Of a stretch of DNA of 64,000 bases, positions 8,419 through 17,725 are shown piece after piece. Both the position numbers and the translations under genes were made by a program. How positions within the stretch are numbered: position 1 is the stretch's first letter; each line of letters opens with the position of its first letter. Below the pieces are notes generated by a model, which saw nothing but the letters and a program-made list of their open reading frames with translations, was not told where the DNA came from and made no database searches. The stretch is from Patescibacteria group bacterium (GTDB lineage Bacteria > Patescibacteriota > Minisyncoccia > Phycocordibacterales > PALSA-1337), in assembly GCA_040384285.1 (NCBI GenBank), contig JAZKJN010000006.1, positions 46,709 to 110,708 on the forward strand, given 5' to 3'.

Positions 8419-9108
8419 CTAGATAGCCTTGAACTGTGCGTAGGTATCCACAACATCCCCCGCAGCATCTTCAAACTCAGCATGCGTACCAAAAAGTCCA
8501 CTTCCCACCACCAGTCGATCAACTCCTGCATGTTTCAAAAGTGATGCATTTTCAAGAGAGACTCCACCGTCGATTTGCACGAGAAGATCTGGGTACATTT
8601 CTTTTACTTTCTTTACACGATCTACGACTGAAGGGTTAAATCTTTGTCCTTGAAATCCCACCTTGTCGATTCCCATAAGTTGAACATAGGAAATCTTGTC
8701 TTTGTATTCTGCAATTGATTCAAGTGGTGTAGAAATATTTAAAGCGAGCCCAATATCAACAAGACCTGAGAGCACATCGAGTGCAGGGTGGAGATTTTTT
8801 GACGATTCAATATGAAGAACAATACGTGTGGCACCCGCAGAAAGCCACTTGCGTGCGTCATCCTCTGTTGGTTCATGGATCATGAGATCAAACTCATAGT
8901 CGATCACTTCCCAGGAGGGCATTCCCTTTTCCTCATGCAGAATTGCTTCAAAGTTTTCATCATGCTTTTTGTATGGCCATGTCGATGAAGGGACAAATTT
9001 ACCATCACAAACATCAACCTGAACTCTTTTTGAAAGTCCTCGTACAAGTTCGATTTTCTCCTCTATTTCAGCAAAATCTTTTGGCAGTATTGCGGGAAGT
9101 ATTTCCAT
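8419..9108 (-). CDS. rpe: Ribulose-phosphate 3-epimerase.
   Basis: MEILPAILPKDFAEIEEKI...VQVDVCDGKFVP...IDGGVSLENASLLKHAGVDRLVVGSGLF. Confidence 0.8.
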   Translation of the reverse strand: MEILPAILPKDFAEIEEKIELVRGLSKRVQVDVCDGKFVPSSTWPYKKHDENFEAILHEEKGMPSWEVIDYEFDLMIHEPTEDDARKWLSAGATRIVLHIESSKNLHPALDVLSGLVDIGLALNISTPLESIAEYKDKISYVQLMGIDKVGFQGQRFNPSVVDRVKKVKEMYPDLLVQIDGGVSLENASLLKHAGVDRLVVGSGLFGTHAEFEDAAGDVVDTYAQFKAI

Positions 9109-9124
9109 AAATATATTTTAGTGA

Positions 9125-9616
9125 TTATCCAATATTATCCATCTGCTCAATTCTTCGTATGTGTCGCTCGTCCTGAGAGAAAGGAGTTGCGAGCCAGAGA
9201 CGTATAGCCTCCTGTGCTTCATCGGGAGTTACGAAACCTGCACCTATGGAGAGAATATTTGCATCGTTGTGCTCGCGCGAAAGACGAATGATCTCAGGGT
9301 TTTGTCCGTAGTATACGACAGCACGTACCCCCGGAAAACGGTTTGAGACCATTGCCTCACCCTGTCCTGACTTACCAAAGATGATTGCCTTTGTGTTTTC
9401 AGGATCTTTGATCACTCGCATTGCCACAGGTACCATGATTTCAGGATAGTTGTCATCCTGCATAAAGGAATGCGCACCCATATCTTCTACGTCAAAGTCC
9501 TCATTCTTCAAGAAATCGACAATTTTGTTTTTAAGCTCAAATCCAGCGTGGTCAGATGCAAGTATGATTTTCATGCCTTTATGATACGTTGCTTTCGTCA
9601 TTTGCGCAAAAGTCAT
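9125..9616 (-). CDS. rpiB: Ribose-5-phosphate isomerase B.
   Basis: MKIILASDHAGFELKNKIVDFLKNEDFDVEDMGAHS. This is the RpiB/LacAB fold. Confidence 0.85.
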   Translation of the reverse strand: MTFAQMTKATYHKGMKIILASDHAGFELKNKIVDFLKNEDFDVEDMGAHSFMQDDNYPEIMVPVAMRVIKDPENTKAIIFGKSGQGEAMVSNRFPGVRAVVYYGQNPEIIRLSREHNDANILSIGAGFVTPDEAQEAIRLWLATPFSQDERHIRRIEQMDNIG

Positions 9617-9650
9617 CTAGGTGTACACTATTGTATGAACAGAAACCCTA

Positions 9651-10238
9651 TTGGCTCTTCGCCAATTCATCCCGGAGGTACTTACGAACAACGCACATCT
9701 GTCTTCGTCTTCAAAAATCACCCACGCCCGTTCTCGTCTCCCCTCAAACAAACAGCGCCACACCTACACAGGACCGAAGCGACGCAAGCAGAGCACTATC
9801 GCTCTCCATCACCAAAGAAAGAAGCGCCACGCGAAACATCATCGCAAACATCTCCACTCTCCCACACAACTGACGACTCATCACCGTCTTCCAAAACGCT
9901 ACGGCGGGCATGCGACGTCTGAAAATATTTCCATGGTCACCTGGATGCACCATGATGCTTGGAACGTGCTCTTTGATCGCAAGTCGGAAGCCTACAGCCT
10001 CACGAGCTATGTCGGGGTGATCGCAGAACGTCTGGCAAGCTACATCAACGCCTACATGGTCGGCTTTGACAGCTGTCAGTGGTTTATCGATCGCAAGTCA
10101 AAAGAATCTTGGGAGGTTCTTTTCGGGGGACTTACTTTGAACCAAATCATGCGTACGATCAACTCGGTGTGGCTCCCCACCACATTCAGACTCGAGATCG
10201 TCGGTCGGGTCAAAGTGCAAGTCCATGAAGTAAAATAA
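9651..10238 (+). CDS. Hypothetical protein with an N-terminal Lys/Arg/His-rich low-complexity region. The true start may be internal, around 9930.
   Basis: The C-terminal ~100 aa (MVTWMHHDAWNVLFDRKSEAYSL...RLEIVGRVKVQVHEVK) look globular. The N-terminal 90 aa come from an A/C-rich DNA stretch. Confidence 0.4.
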   Translation: MALRQFIPEVLTNNAHLSSSSKITHARSRLPSNKQRHTYTGPKRRKQSTIALHHQRKKRHAKHHRKHLHSPTQLTTHHRLPKRYGGHATSENISMVTWMHHDAWNVLFDRKSEAYSLTSYVGVIAERLASYINAYMVGFDSCQWFIDRKSKESWEVLFGGLTLNQIMRTINSVWLPTTFRLEIVGRVKVQVHEVK

Positions 10239-10262
10239 CTTTCATTACCAGAAATTTCACAG

Positions 10263-10292
10263 CCGAGCTCAGCAATGGGTCTCGGTTTTTTA
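10263..10292 (+). terminator. Intrinsic terminator.
   Basis: ccgag-loop-ctcgg followed by a T6 tract, downstream of the 9651..10238 gene. Confidence 0.5.
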
Positions 10293-10358
10293 TTGTCAAA
10301 ATTATATTGACACCAAAAGGTCACGGGTATACACTTGTAGCAATATTGTTCACGGTCA

Positions 10359-10386
10359 TTGGAGTCGCACGCCAAGCTGATATAAT
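10359..10386 (+). promoter_or_regulatory. Strong consensus-like promoter with an extended -10.
   Basis: TTGGAG, 16 nt, TGaTATAAT. No plus-strand gene follows before a terminator. Confidence 0.3.
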
Positions 10387-10415
10387 CGGCATTATCGCTG
10401 ATAGTGAATAGTACC

Positions 10416-10437
10416 AAAAGCTCCTTCGGGAGCTTTT
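10416..10437. terminator. Bidirectional hairpin terminator.
   Basis: aaaagctcc-ttcg-ggagctttt, a perfect 9 bp stem with A/T tracts on both sides. Confidence 0.5.
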
Positions 10438-10443
10438 GTGCTT

Positions 10444-10812
10444 CTACCCTCGCATAATGCTAAAGAAGTGCTTAGTACCTCCCTTCATTTGCCTTACTAC
10501 TACAATAATTTTTATATCTTGATGCGTCTGTATAAAAGACCAGAAATTAGCATTGCCTTCACTTTTATTCTTATTAAAATCTCTAAATTTTTTACTTGAA
10601 CCAACTACCGAAGGGGCATGCACAAGTAATTGCAATCGCTCAATCTGCTCTTCAATATCTCTCAGATAGTGACCCTTTCTGACAAGATGCCGAAAACCGT
10701 GCCGATTAAAATATACTTTCTCACCGTCAAAAGCAGGGCATTCTACATGCCCTATTTTCTTATATTCTGCATAATGCTTTTTAATAAATTGCTTATGCCT
10801 CTCGATATCCAT
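10444..10812 (-). CDS. Hypothetical protein.
   Basis: 122 aa ORF with protein-like composition. No recognisable motif. Confidence 0.45.
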   Translation of the reverse strand: MDIERHKQFIKKHYAEYKKIGHVECPAFDGEKVYFNRHGFRHLVRKGHYLRDIEEQIERLQLLVHAPSVVGSSKKFRDFNKNKSEGNANFWSFIQTHQDIKIIVVVRQMKGGTKHFFSIMRG

Positions 10813-10904
10813 TCCCTCACGATATCAGGGGGAGATAAAATCTAGATAAAATCGGGGTGAAAAAGGAGTTGGGAAATAGATTTTAGAAAGTGACAAGAGA
10901 TATC

Positions 10905-11507
10905 TTACTTCCGAGACTTCCTTCTCACCCCAATATAGACAAGCACCGCAACGATCGCCCCCAACGTATCTGAAAGCATATCCTTCTGCGCATCCCAAAT
11001 ATCGCCCTGGCTTCCGAGAACGGCGATGCCTGCTGTGGGATCGGAAAGTATTGCGTAGATCCATTCAAAGATTTCATAGACCGCAGCAACTGACATGATT
11101 GCAAAAAGCCCAAAGAGATATGCGATCCATCTTTTTGTGACGATTCCTTTTGCAAGAAGATATTCGATCACTGGAAATGCGTAAAAACCTACGCTAAAGT
11201 GCGCCATTCTGTCATATCCATTTCTTTCAAGTCCCAAAAGATTGGTAACAAAATCAAACGGCACGCGTTCAAAGGTAAAGTGTCCTCCGATCGTGTGGAG
11301 AATGATAAAAACAAACATTAGCGAGTATGAGAGATTTGAAAAGCGAATCCCTTTTACATACAGGAGGATGATAGAGATGAGCACCACCCAGACAGTCATA
11401 TTTTCCACAAACCACACGTCACGAGCAAAAGGATTAAACGCGCAGATCGTAAAAACGATTGCGTAGATTGCGAGAAGATATTTGGGGTAAGAAGAAGCGT
11501 TTGGCAT
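10905..11507 (-). CDS. DUF2238-like integral membrane protein.
   Basis: 200 aa multi-pass membrane protein. HTIGGHFTFERVPFD...GYDRMAHFSVGFYAFPV resembles the YjdF/DUF2238 family. Confidence 0.55.
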   Translation of the reverse strand: MPNASSYPKYLLAIYAIVFTICAFNPFARDVWFVENMTVWVVLISIILLYVKGIRFSNLSYSLMFVFIILHTIGGHFTFERVPFDFVTNLLGLERNGYDRMAHFSVGFYAFPVIEYLLAKGIVTKRWIAYLFGLFAIMSVAAVYEIFEWIYAILSDPTAGIAVLGSQGDIWDAQKDMLSDTLGAIVAVLVYIGVRRKSRK

Positions 11508-11557
11508 GGAATCTATTTGTAAATCAAAAATCTATTCCTAACGAATAGTAATTCTAC

Positions 11558-11938
11558 CTATATACCATTAGGATACTTTTCAGCAAGGCCTATCATAAAT
11601 TTCATAATAACAAACCAAAAAGATCCTGGTATAACGAAACTATATAAAATTACAGTTAAAGCACGGCTCGGATATTTTTTTAATAATTTTTCAGAAATTC
11701 CCAAAATTATACCTGCTACCAAAAAAGCTACTATTCCAAATCCTAAGAAAAGGTAACCTATAAGTGACAGGAATGGAGAGAAAATGAAGTCTAGGGTAAA
11801 ACCTGGATCAGGTAAGCCGGGGGCAACTGACTGATAGATCAATCCCAAAACCCAGAATCCCATGAGAAGAGAAATTATTTTTTGCTTTTCATTCATATTG
11901 TTGATAATTAAATTATTAAATATGTTTCCCCGCTTCAA
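11558..11938 (-). CDS. Small membrane protein.
   Basis: 126 aa with 3-4 predicted TM helices. Confidence 0.4.
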   Translation of the reverse strand: MKRGNIFNNLIINNMNEKQKIISLLMGFWVLGLIYQSVAPGLPDPGFTLDFIFSPFLSLIGYLFLGFGIVAFLVAGIILGISEKLLKKYPSRALTVILYSFVIPGSFWFVIMKFMIGLAEKYPNGI

Positions 11939-12893
11939 TCACATGTCTCACCAACGTATTCGTATACCCCATCTCATTGTCATACCACGCCAAAACCTTT
12001 ACGAGATTTCCACCGACAACTCGTGTAAATGCGAGATCTGCGATAGATGCATGTGGGTTTCCTACGATATCTCGAGAAACGAGATCCTCTTCGGTGACAG
12101 TAAAGATCCCCTTCCATCGATCACTTCCTGCTGCCTTTTTCAAGATTTCATTGACCTCCTCCGCTGTAGTATTTTTCTTTGCCACAAAAGTGATGTCGAC
12201 AATTGAGCCCACAGCTACAGGAACTCGGATAGAGATACCATCAAAAAGTCCCTCAAACTTTGGCATAACTTTTCCAACAGCGATCGCTGCACCAGTAGAT
12301 GATGGCACGATGTTCATAGCTGCCGCACGTCCTTCTCGCATATCTTTCTTGCTTGGACCATCAACAAGGGCTTGAGAGGCAGTATAGGCATGTACAGTGT
12401 TGAGCAATGCTTTCTCGATTCCAATAGCTTCATCGAGGATGGCAATCAAAGGACTGCCGGCATTTGTCGTGCAGGAAGCGTTTGAGCTGATTTTACACTC
12501 CTTCAACTTATCCTCATTCATACACATCAAAACCGTAGGAGATACATCGTCCTTTATCGGAGCCGAGATCACCACACGCTTTGCCCCAGCATCGATATGT
12601 GCCTGAGCCTTTTCAGTTGCCGTAAAAAGTCCGGTAGATTCAACAACCACATCAACATCAAGCTCTTTCCATGGAAGTTTTGTAGGATCTTTCTCAGAAA
12701 CATACTTTACACCCTTCAAAGTCGCATCACTTTTTCCATAGACCGTATCGTATTTCAAAAGATATTCAACATTTTCGATAGAGGTAAGGTCGTTGACCGC
12801 TACGATCTCAATATCTTTGTTTTCCGAAGCTACTTTATAGAAAGCTCTTCCGATACGTCCGAATCCATTGATTGCAACTTTGATTTTCTTCAT
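11916..12893 (-). CDS. gap: Glyceraldehyde-3-phosphate dehydrogenase.
   Basis: MKKIKVAINGFGRIGRAFYKVA. The catalytic ASCTTN motif is present. Confidence 0.9.
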   Translation of the reverse strand: MKKIKVAINGFGRIGRAFYKVASENKDIEIVAVNDLTSIENVEYLLKYDTVYGKSDATLKGVKYVSEKDPTKLPWKELDVDVVVESTGLFTATEKAQAHIDAGAKRVVISAPIKDDVSPTVLMCMNEDKLKECKISSNASCTTNAGSPLIAILDEAIGIEKALLNTVHAYTASQALVDGPSKKDMREGRAAAMNIVPSSTGAAIAVGKVMPKFEGLFDGISIRVPVAVGSIVDITFVAKKNTTAEEVNEILKKAAGSDRWKGIFTVTEEDLVSRDIVGNPHASIADLAFTRVVGGNLVKVLAWYDNEMGYTNTLVRHVIEAGKHI

Positions 12894-12922
12894 AGGGAAA
12901 GTGTGATTTTTAGTTTAATTAA

Positions 12923-13306
12923 TTAAAGCGTCCACATCCACGGCTGAGATACTGTGAGAAATGCCAATGCTCCCGCCATAAGGGCAATATTTTTTGTAAA
13001 TTGCACGTATTCCATTGCCCGAGCCTCTGGAGTAGGGGAATTCCAGAAGTCGTGAACCATGAACGTAATAGGGAGCAAAAAGAGAATGATCAAGAGCACT
13101 GACAGATTGACATAGACTCCGAGGATAAGGCCCAAACCTCCGAGAAGGGCAAATATTCCGCTTGTGATGACTGCGGCCTTTGGACTTGGAACATTTTTGG
13201 AAGCTGCGTATCCTGCAAGCATATCTGAATTCCTAAAGTGATTGAAAGCATTCATAATAAAGAATCCTCCAAACACCACTCGCGCTAAAAGAAAAATGTA
13301 TTCCAT
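12923..13306 (-). CDS. DoxX family membrane protein.
   Basis: 127 aa. The LARVVFGGFFIMNAFNHF start is typical of DoxX. Confidence 0.65.
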   Translation of the reverse strand: MEYIFLLARVVFGGFFIMNAFNHFRNSDMLAGYAASKNVPSPKAAVITSGIFALLGGLGLILGVYVNLSVLLIILFLLPITFMVHDFWNSPTPEARAMEYVQFTKNIALMAGALAFLTVSQPWMWTL

Positions 13307-13375
13307 AAAAGTATAGTCTTGTTAATGCCTTGTAATACCTCAATTATAGTACATATTTCAAAATTATCATATAAT

Positions 13376-14614
13376 ATGGGCATCATGAAAAAAACACATG
13401 TTGTCATCGTGGGAGGAGGTTTCGGCGGAGTCTACACAGCACGCCATCTTGAGAAAATGTTTGATACAGAGGAGATCGATATCACCCTTATCAACAAAAC
13501 CAATTACTTCCTCTTCACTCCCCTTCTCCACGAAGTGGCAACAGGTGCCCTCACTCCCGACTCTATCGTAGAACCTATCCGTGAAGTGTTCCGCCGAGGA
13601 CCAATACATTTTGTAGAAGATGTCGTGACAGAGATCGACAGCGAGAAAAAGCAGGTGATGACCGCGACACAGTCCTTCCCCTACGACTATCTCGTGCTTT
13701 CTATGGGAGCAGAGACCAACTATTTCGGCACCCCAGGCGCACAGGAAAATTCTTTTACTCTCAAGCATCTTGGCGACGCCATCACTCTTCGCAATCATTT
13801 TGTAAAAACGTTTGAGGAAGCGATGGAAACTAAAAACAAAGATCTTCTCTCTATCGCCATAGTCGGTGCAGGAGCAACAGGAGTGGAGCTTGCAGCTGAA
13901 GCGGTGGAGTACTTTAAAGATACGATGTGTGCATATTACAAAAATTCGGGCATCACACATAAAGATGTCAAAGTGACCCTCGTCACAGCAACTCCTGACC
14001 TTATCCCAATATTCCCTACCGAAATGCGCGCTATTGCAGAGAAGGAACTCGTGCGCAAAGGTGTAAGCATTATGAAAAATGCAAAAGTAGTCAAAGTCGA
14101 CCCTCATATGATTTCTTTTGATGGAGGAGCAACCCTCAAAGCCCACACCATCGTCTGGGTTGCAGGAGTAAAGGCATCAACATCAGATATCAAAGGTACA
14201 GAGACAGGTATAAAAACTACCGACAAGAGACGTCTCGAGATCAATGACTTTCTCCAGAGCACCACTCGACCTGAAATATTTTCTCTCGGTGATGTTTCAG
14301 GAACTTCTCCCATGCTTGCCCAGGTTGCAGTACGACAAGGAAAACTTGTTGCAAAAAATATCAAGGCACTTGCAAACGGAAAACCCGAGGAACTTAAGAA
14401 ATGGCATTTTGATCAAAAAATTCTCTTGATCTCTCTTGGTCAATGGTACGCCGCAGGACATTTTGGCGCCATAACCCTCAAAGGTGCACCAATGTGGTGG
14501 CTCTGGAGAACTGTGTACCTTTTCAACTTCGTATCATGGAGAAAAAAGGTTGAGATCGCCGTAGAGTGGACCATCAACCTTTTCTATCCTCGAGATATTA
14601 CGATTATTGAGTAG
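13376..14614 (+). CDS. ndh: Type II NADH dehydrogenase / FAD-dependent pyridine nucleotide-disulfide oxidoreductase.
   Basis: HVVIVGGGFGGVYTA and a second Rossmann motif IAIVGAGATGVELA. The start is set at the internal MGIMKK rather than the upstream ATG at 13319. Confidence 0.8.
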   Translation: MGIMKKTHVVIVGGGFGGVYTARHLEKMFDTEEIDITLINKTNYFLFTPLLHEVATGALTPDSIVEPIREVFRRGPIHFVEDVVTEIDSEKKQVMTATQSFPYDYLVLSMGAETNYFGTPGAQENSFTLKHLGDAITLRNHFVKTFEEAMETKNKDLLSIAIVGAGATGVELAAEAVEYFKDTMCAYYKNSGITHKDVKVTLVTATPDLIPIFPTEMRAIAEKELVRKGVSIMKNAKVVKVDPHMISFDGGATLKAHTIVWVAGVKASTSDIKGTETGIKTTDKRRLEINDFLQSTTRPEIFSLGDVSGTSPMLAQVAVRQGKLVAKNIKALANGKPEELKKWHFDQKILLISLGQWYAAGHFGAITLKGAPMWWLWRTVYLFNFVSWRKKVEIAVEWTINLFYPRDITIIE

Positions 14615-14616
14615 TA

Positions 14617-15180
14617 CTACTTCGTAACGACTCTGAAAGTAAATTTGTAAGTTCCTGAACCAATCTCCTGTCCTGCAACAGGCGCTGGAGAGACGTCGGT
14701 GAGAGTTACCATAACTGCACCCGTATCAAAGGATACTGCGGTACCGAGAGTGAAGTCAGTGGTTCGTGTACCTCCAGCAGATGTTACCACCTGCGCACGA
14801 AGACGAACTGTTCCCGCCTGGATACACTGGACATCTATTGGACAGCGACTATCTTCAAGAACCGAGAGTGGTGTAACAAAGAATGTTCCAACCTGGGCTT
14901 TTTGATTGATGCTTGCAGCGACAGTGGTTGTTCCGGAAGATGTAGAAGTCGAAGTAGGAGCTGGACATGCTGCAAACTCACAGTTTGGTCCCTGGCGCCC
15001 TACCGCAGATCCATCAGGACATATCCTTGCATCCATCGTACATGCCACAGGTTCATTGGTATTTGGAATATTCACTCTTACAGTGGGATTTTTCTCTTTG
15101 TAAACCGATATTCCCCAGATTGCGATTACTACCAAAATGATAATAAGAATAACCGGAGCGAATGTATTTTTATTTTGCAT
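14617..15180 (-). CDS. Secreted or membrane-anchored hypothetical protein.
   Basis: N-terminal TM/signal segment, Thr/Ser-rich linker, and Cys pairs. Confidence 0.45.
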   Translation of the reverse strand: MQNKNTFAPVILIIILVVIAIWGISVYKEKNPTVRVNIPNTNEPVACTMDARICPDGSAVGRQGPNCEFAACPAPTSTSTSSGTTTVAASINQKAQVGTFFVTPLSVLEDSRCPIDVQCIQAGTVRLRAQVVTSAGGTRTTDFTLGTAVSFDTGAVMVTLTDVSPAPVAGQEIGSGTYKFTFRVVTK

Positions 15181-15224
15181 ACAGATGATGACGGATTAAC
15201 CCACCCTAACCTTACATGGAGACT

Positions 15225-15374
15225 TTAAACGATAGGTCGTCCCTTGATGAGTCTGATGAGAACAGCGACAACCGCAAGGATAAGGAGGATGTGAATAAAA
15301 CTTCCGAGAGCATTGAATCCAATGAATCCAATTGCCCACAAGACAATGAGGATAATAGCGATTGTATATAACAT
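15225..15374 (-). CDS. lmo0937-family small membrane protein (49 aa).
   Basis: MLYTIAIILIVLWAIGFIGFNALGSFIHILLILAVVAVLIRLIKGRPIV*. It is not in the ORF track because it is under 60 aa. Confidence 0.45.
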   Translation of the reverse strand: MLYTIAIILIVLWAIGFIGFNALGSFIHILLILAVVAVLIRLIKGRPIV

Positions 15375-15433
15375 AGTTTTTAAATAGAATTACGAGTAAT
15401 TAATGAAAACGTTCGACTCCCTAGAGTATACCC

Positions 15434-15898
15434 CTAATACCCCGCGGGCGGTAGCGTCTTCTCCCCAAGCATCCCTAAGTTTAAGACGTTGACCTCGGCG
15501 GAAACTTTCTCAACGAAATTCTGGAGTGCCCGTCGCTGCTCTTCTGTTTTTGAAGAAAGAATATAAACAAGGGCTTTGTCGAAGTCATTTTTAAATTTCT
15601 GATTGATATCTTTCCATGCAACATCCTTCAAAAGATCACACATTCCCTGATCGTACGAGACAACTCCGGTCTTCATCAAAAAAGCGACCGCAGGATATCC
15701 GAGTGTTTCTTTCCAGTACGAAGCGTTGTCGTTTGACATGATCGCCTGCTTTGCTGGATCATACATGACGTAATAAAACTTGTTACGAGTGGAGGAATAC
15801 ACTTTTGCACTGTTGGGAGTCACAACTTCCACACGACCATCGGCAATAGCTCCGAGGCTTTCGTAGATTTTAGTTGGTGAAATCGGGAGCCATTTCAT
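15434..15898 (-). CDS. Hypothetical protein.
   Basis: 154 aa ORF. Confidence 0.45.
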   Translation of the reverse strand: MKWLPISPTKIYESLGAIADGRVEVVTPNSAKVYSSTRNKFYYVMYDPAKQAIMSNDNASYWKETLGYPAVAFLMKTGVVSYDQGMCDLLKDVAWKDINQKFKNDFDKALVYILSSKTEEQRRALQNFVEKVSAEVNVLNLGMLGEKTLPPAGY

Positions 15899-15905
15899 GG
15901 AGAAA

Positions 15906-16223
15906 TTATATCAGAGGATAAACGTCCAAAGCCACCTCTTCATAAGGATGAACTTTTTTAATTGCAGTGATCACATCTTGAAGTTTTTCTCGAGAACAAA
16001 CTGTCTCGATTCTTTCTTCATTAACCTCTTCCAATTTTCCCACTTTACCAATATGAGGCTGTGCTCCTTGTTCTGGCTTAAACCTCCCCGTTCCTTTTGT
16101 AGAAAAGGAGCAGAAAGAATAATTGCCGATTTTGCCAGCACCAGCATTTCCCATAGCCTCTCGCACAATATCAGTGTGAGTCTCTGGAACAAACACAACA
16201 ATTTTTACGTTTTTTGAATCCAT
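15906..16223 (-). CDS. PII-like / COG3323-like small protein.
   Basis: KIVVFVPETHTDIVREAMGNAGAGKIGNYSFCSFSTKGTGRFKP...HPYEEVALDVYPL matches the pattern of the small PII-fold family often linked to Nif3. Confidence 0.45.
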   Translation of the reverse strand: MDSKNVKIVVFVPETHTDIVREAMGNAGAGKIGNYSFCSFSTKGTGRFKPEQGAQPHIGKVGKLEEVNEERIETVCSREKLQDVITAIKKVHPYEEVALDVYPLI

Positions 16224-17086
16224 GTCAGTACTGTTTGAGCCAAGTCATCTTCAAAACCAATATATCCATGATTCGCATCTCCGAGAATTTTTGTTTCCAC
16301 ATGAGAACTTTGTGTGGAGGCTTTTGTGATTCTCTCCATTGTTTCCTCTATCGATACAGTGAGGCAATCATCTTCTCGTCCCATGGTTACGAAAATAGGT
16401 TGAGTGATAGTTCCAAGTACGGGAAGTTTAAAATTTGGATCAAAGAAATTAAATATTGCCACAGGAGAATCGTCCCCAAACAAACTTAGATATGTGTTTG
16501 CACTCAAGGGACATTCATCCCATATCTCATGAGAGAGCAATTCCTCACCCTTACCCGCCTTTACCAAAGTACGAGCTTCGTTTATATCTCGTTCAAATGT
16601 TTCTTTTTCATCACGGACCAATCCAAGCATATCGGAAGGTGAAAGCAGGATGAGAGATGCAACTCTTTTGTCTTGAGTTTGGGAAAGGTAGTAAGAGACT
16701 TTTGGACTACCGAGACTATGCCCAGACAAATGAATGTCATTGAACCCCCATAGAGAAACAGCGTCGATGGCTCCCTGAATATCAAGAAGTGAGTCTTCAA
16801 ATTTTTCATACGAATTGCCTGCACGAACATATTCTTTCTTTCCACCTGGAAGAGTCTTCGTCAGATATTTTAGAGATTCACATCCACGATTGTTAAAGGC
16901 AAAGAAAGCTATTCCGTTATCAGTTAAGGTTTTTGCGAGAGCATCAAGGAATCTATTTTCATAAAAATTACCAGCCATCCCGTGAACATGTACGAGAATC
17001 TTAGAAGTTTTTTCTTCAGGCTCATACAGCAAGCCAACCAATTCCAAATTATCCTTCGTGAGTATGCGGTGGAGTGATGTTTTCAT
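16205..17086 (-). CDS. Alpha/beta hydrolase.
   Basis: GHSLGS nucleophile elbow. 293 aa. Confidence 0.7.
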   Translation of the reverse strand: MKTSLHRILTKDNLELVGLLYEPEEKTSKILVHVHGMAGNFYENRFLDALAKTLTDNGIAFFAFNNRGCESLKYLTKTLPGGKKEYVRAGNSYEKFEDSLLDIQGAIDAVSLWGFNDIHLSGHSLGSPKVSYYLSQTQDKRVASLILLSPSDMLGLVRDEKETFERDINEARTLVKAGKGEELLSHEIWDECPLSANTYLSLFGDDSPVAIFNFFDPNFKLPVLGTITQPIFVTMGREDDCLTVSIEETMERITKASTQSSHVETKILGDANHGYIGFEDDLAQTVLTWIQKT

Positions 17087-17146
17087 ATCCTTAATTAAAC
17101 CTCATTTCCCCTCTCCACGCCAGAGTTTGATGTGTCAGACTCTTTT

Positions 17147-17692
17147 TTAGATCGCTGGTGTATAGACGTTTACCTCAATAGCTCCGTGCTCGGACAATAC
17201 TTTTGAAACATCTATCACCTCAGGCGCATAGACTACGACGAGCACATCTCCTGCACGCACATAGTCTTCATATCTCTGAGCATTTTCTTTTCCTACACCA
17301 AGGTTTGCGAGAGCGCCGATGAGTCCTCCTGCTGCCACTCCAGTGAGCGCACCTGCTGCCGTAGTACCCAGTGCACCTGTAAGGCCGAGGGCTGCAATGA
17401 TAGGTCCCGCCACAAAGATGGGACCGAGAAGCGGAATAATTCCTACCACAGTCGCAATACCTGCCAAGGCTCCGAGTGCCCCTCCTACCGTCGCACCTTT
17501 TGCAGCACCTTCTCCCGGTGTGTCTGAGCTGATATTTCGTGCGTGTACTTCTTTTACATTTCCTTCAGTGTTGCGGTACACAAAAGAAATATCCTCGTTG
17601 GGAATTCCAAGTCCTGAATGAAGTTGATTAATTGCTTTTTCTGCTGAATCTCGCGATTCAAAAATTCCTGTTATTGTTTTTTTCATATACAT
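17147..17692 (-). CDS. Glycine-zipper membrane / general-stress-like protein.
   Basis: Long Gly/Ala zipper (GATVGGALGALAGIATVVGIIPLLGPIFVAGPIIAALGLTGALG). Confidence 0.5.
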   Translation of the reverse strand: MYMKKTITGIFESRDSAEKAINQLHSGLGIPNEDISFVYRNTEGNVKEVHARNISSDTPGEGAAKGATVGGALGALAGIATVVGIIPLLGPIFVAGPIIAALGLTGALGTTAAGALTGVAAGGLIGALANLGVGKENAQRYEDYVRAGDVLVVVYAPEVIDVSKVLSEHGAIEVNVYTPAI

Positions 17693-17725
17693 CTATGACG
17701 GTAGGCAGGAAAAAAACTTACAGAT

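Noticed and set aside
9470-9922. ORFs 9470..9922 and 9589..9873 in the A/C-rich stretch.
   Set aside because: Alternative frames of the same low-complexity DNA. Only the frame continuing into the globular C-terminal domain is retained.
13367-14146. 259 aa minus-strand ORF inside ndh.
   Set aside because: Shadow ORF antisense to a well-supported NDH-2 gene. Cys/His-rich nonsense composition.
17319-17621. Ala/Pro-rich 100 aa plus ORF.
   Set aside because: Antisense shadow of the glycine-zipper gene (GC-rich Gly/Ala codons).
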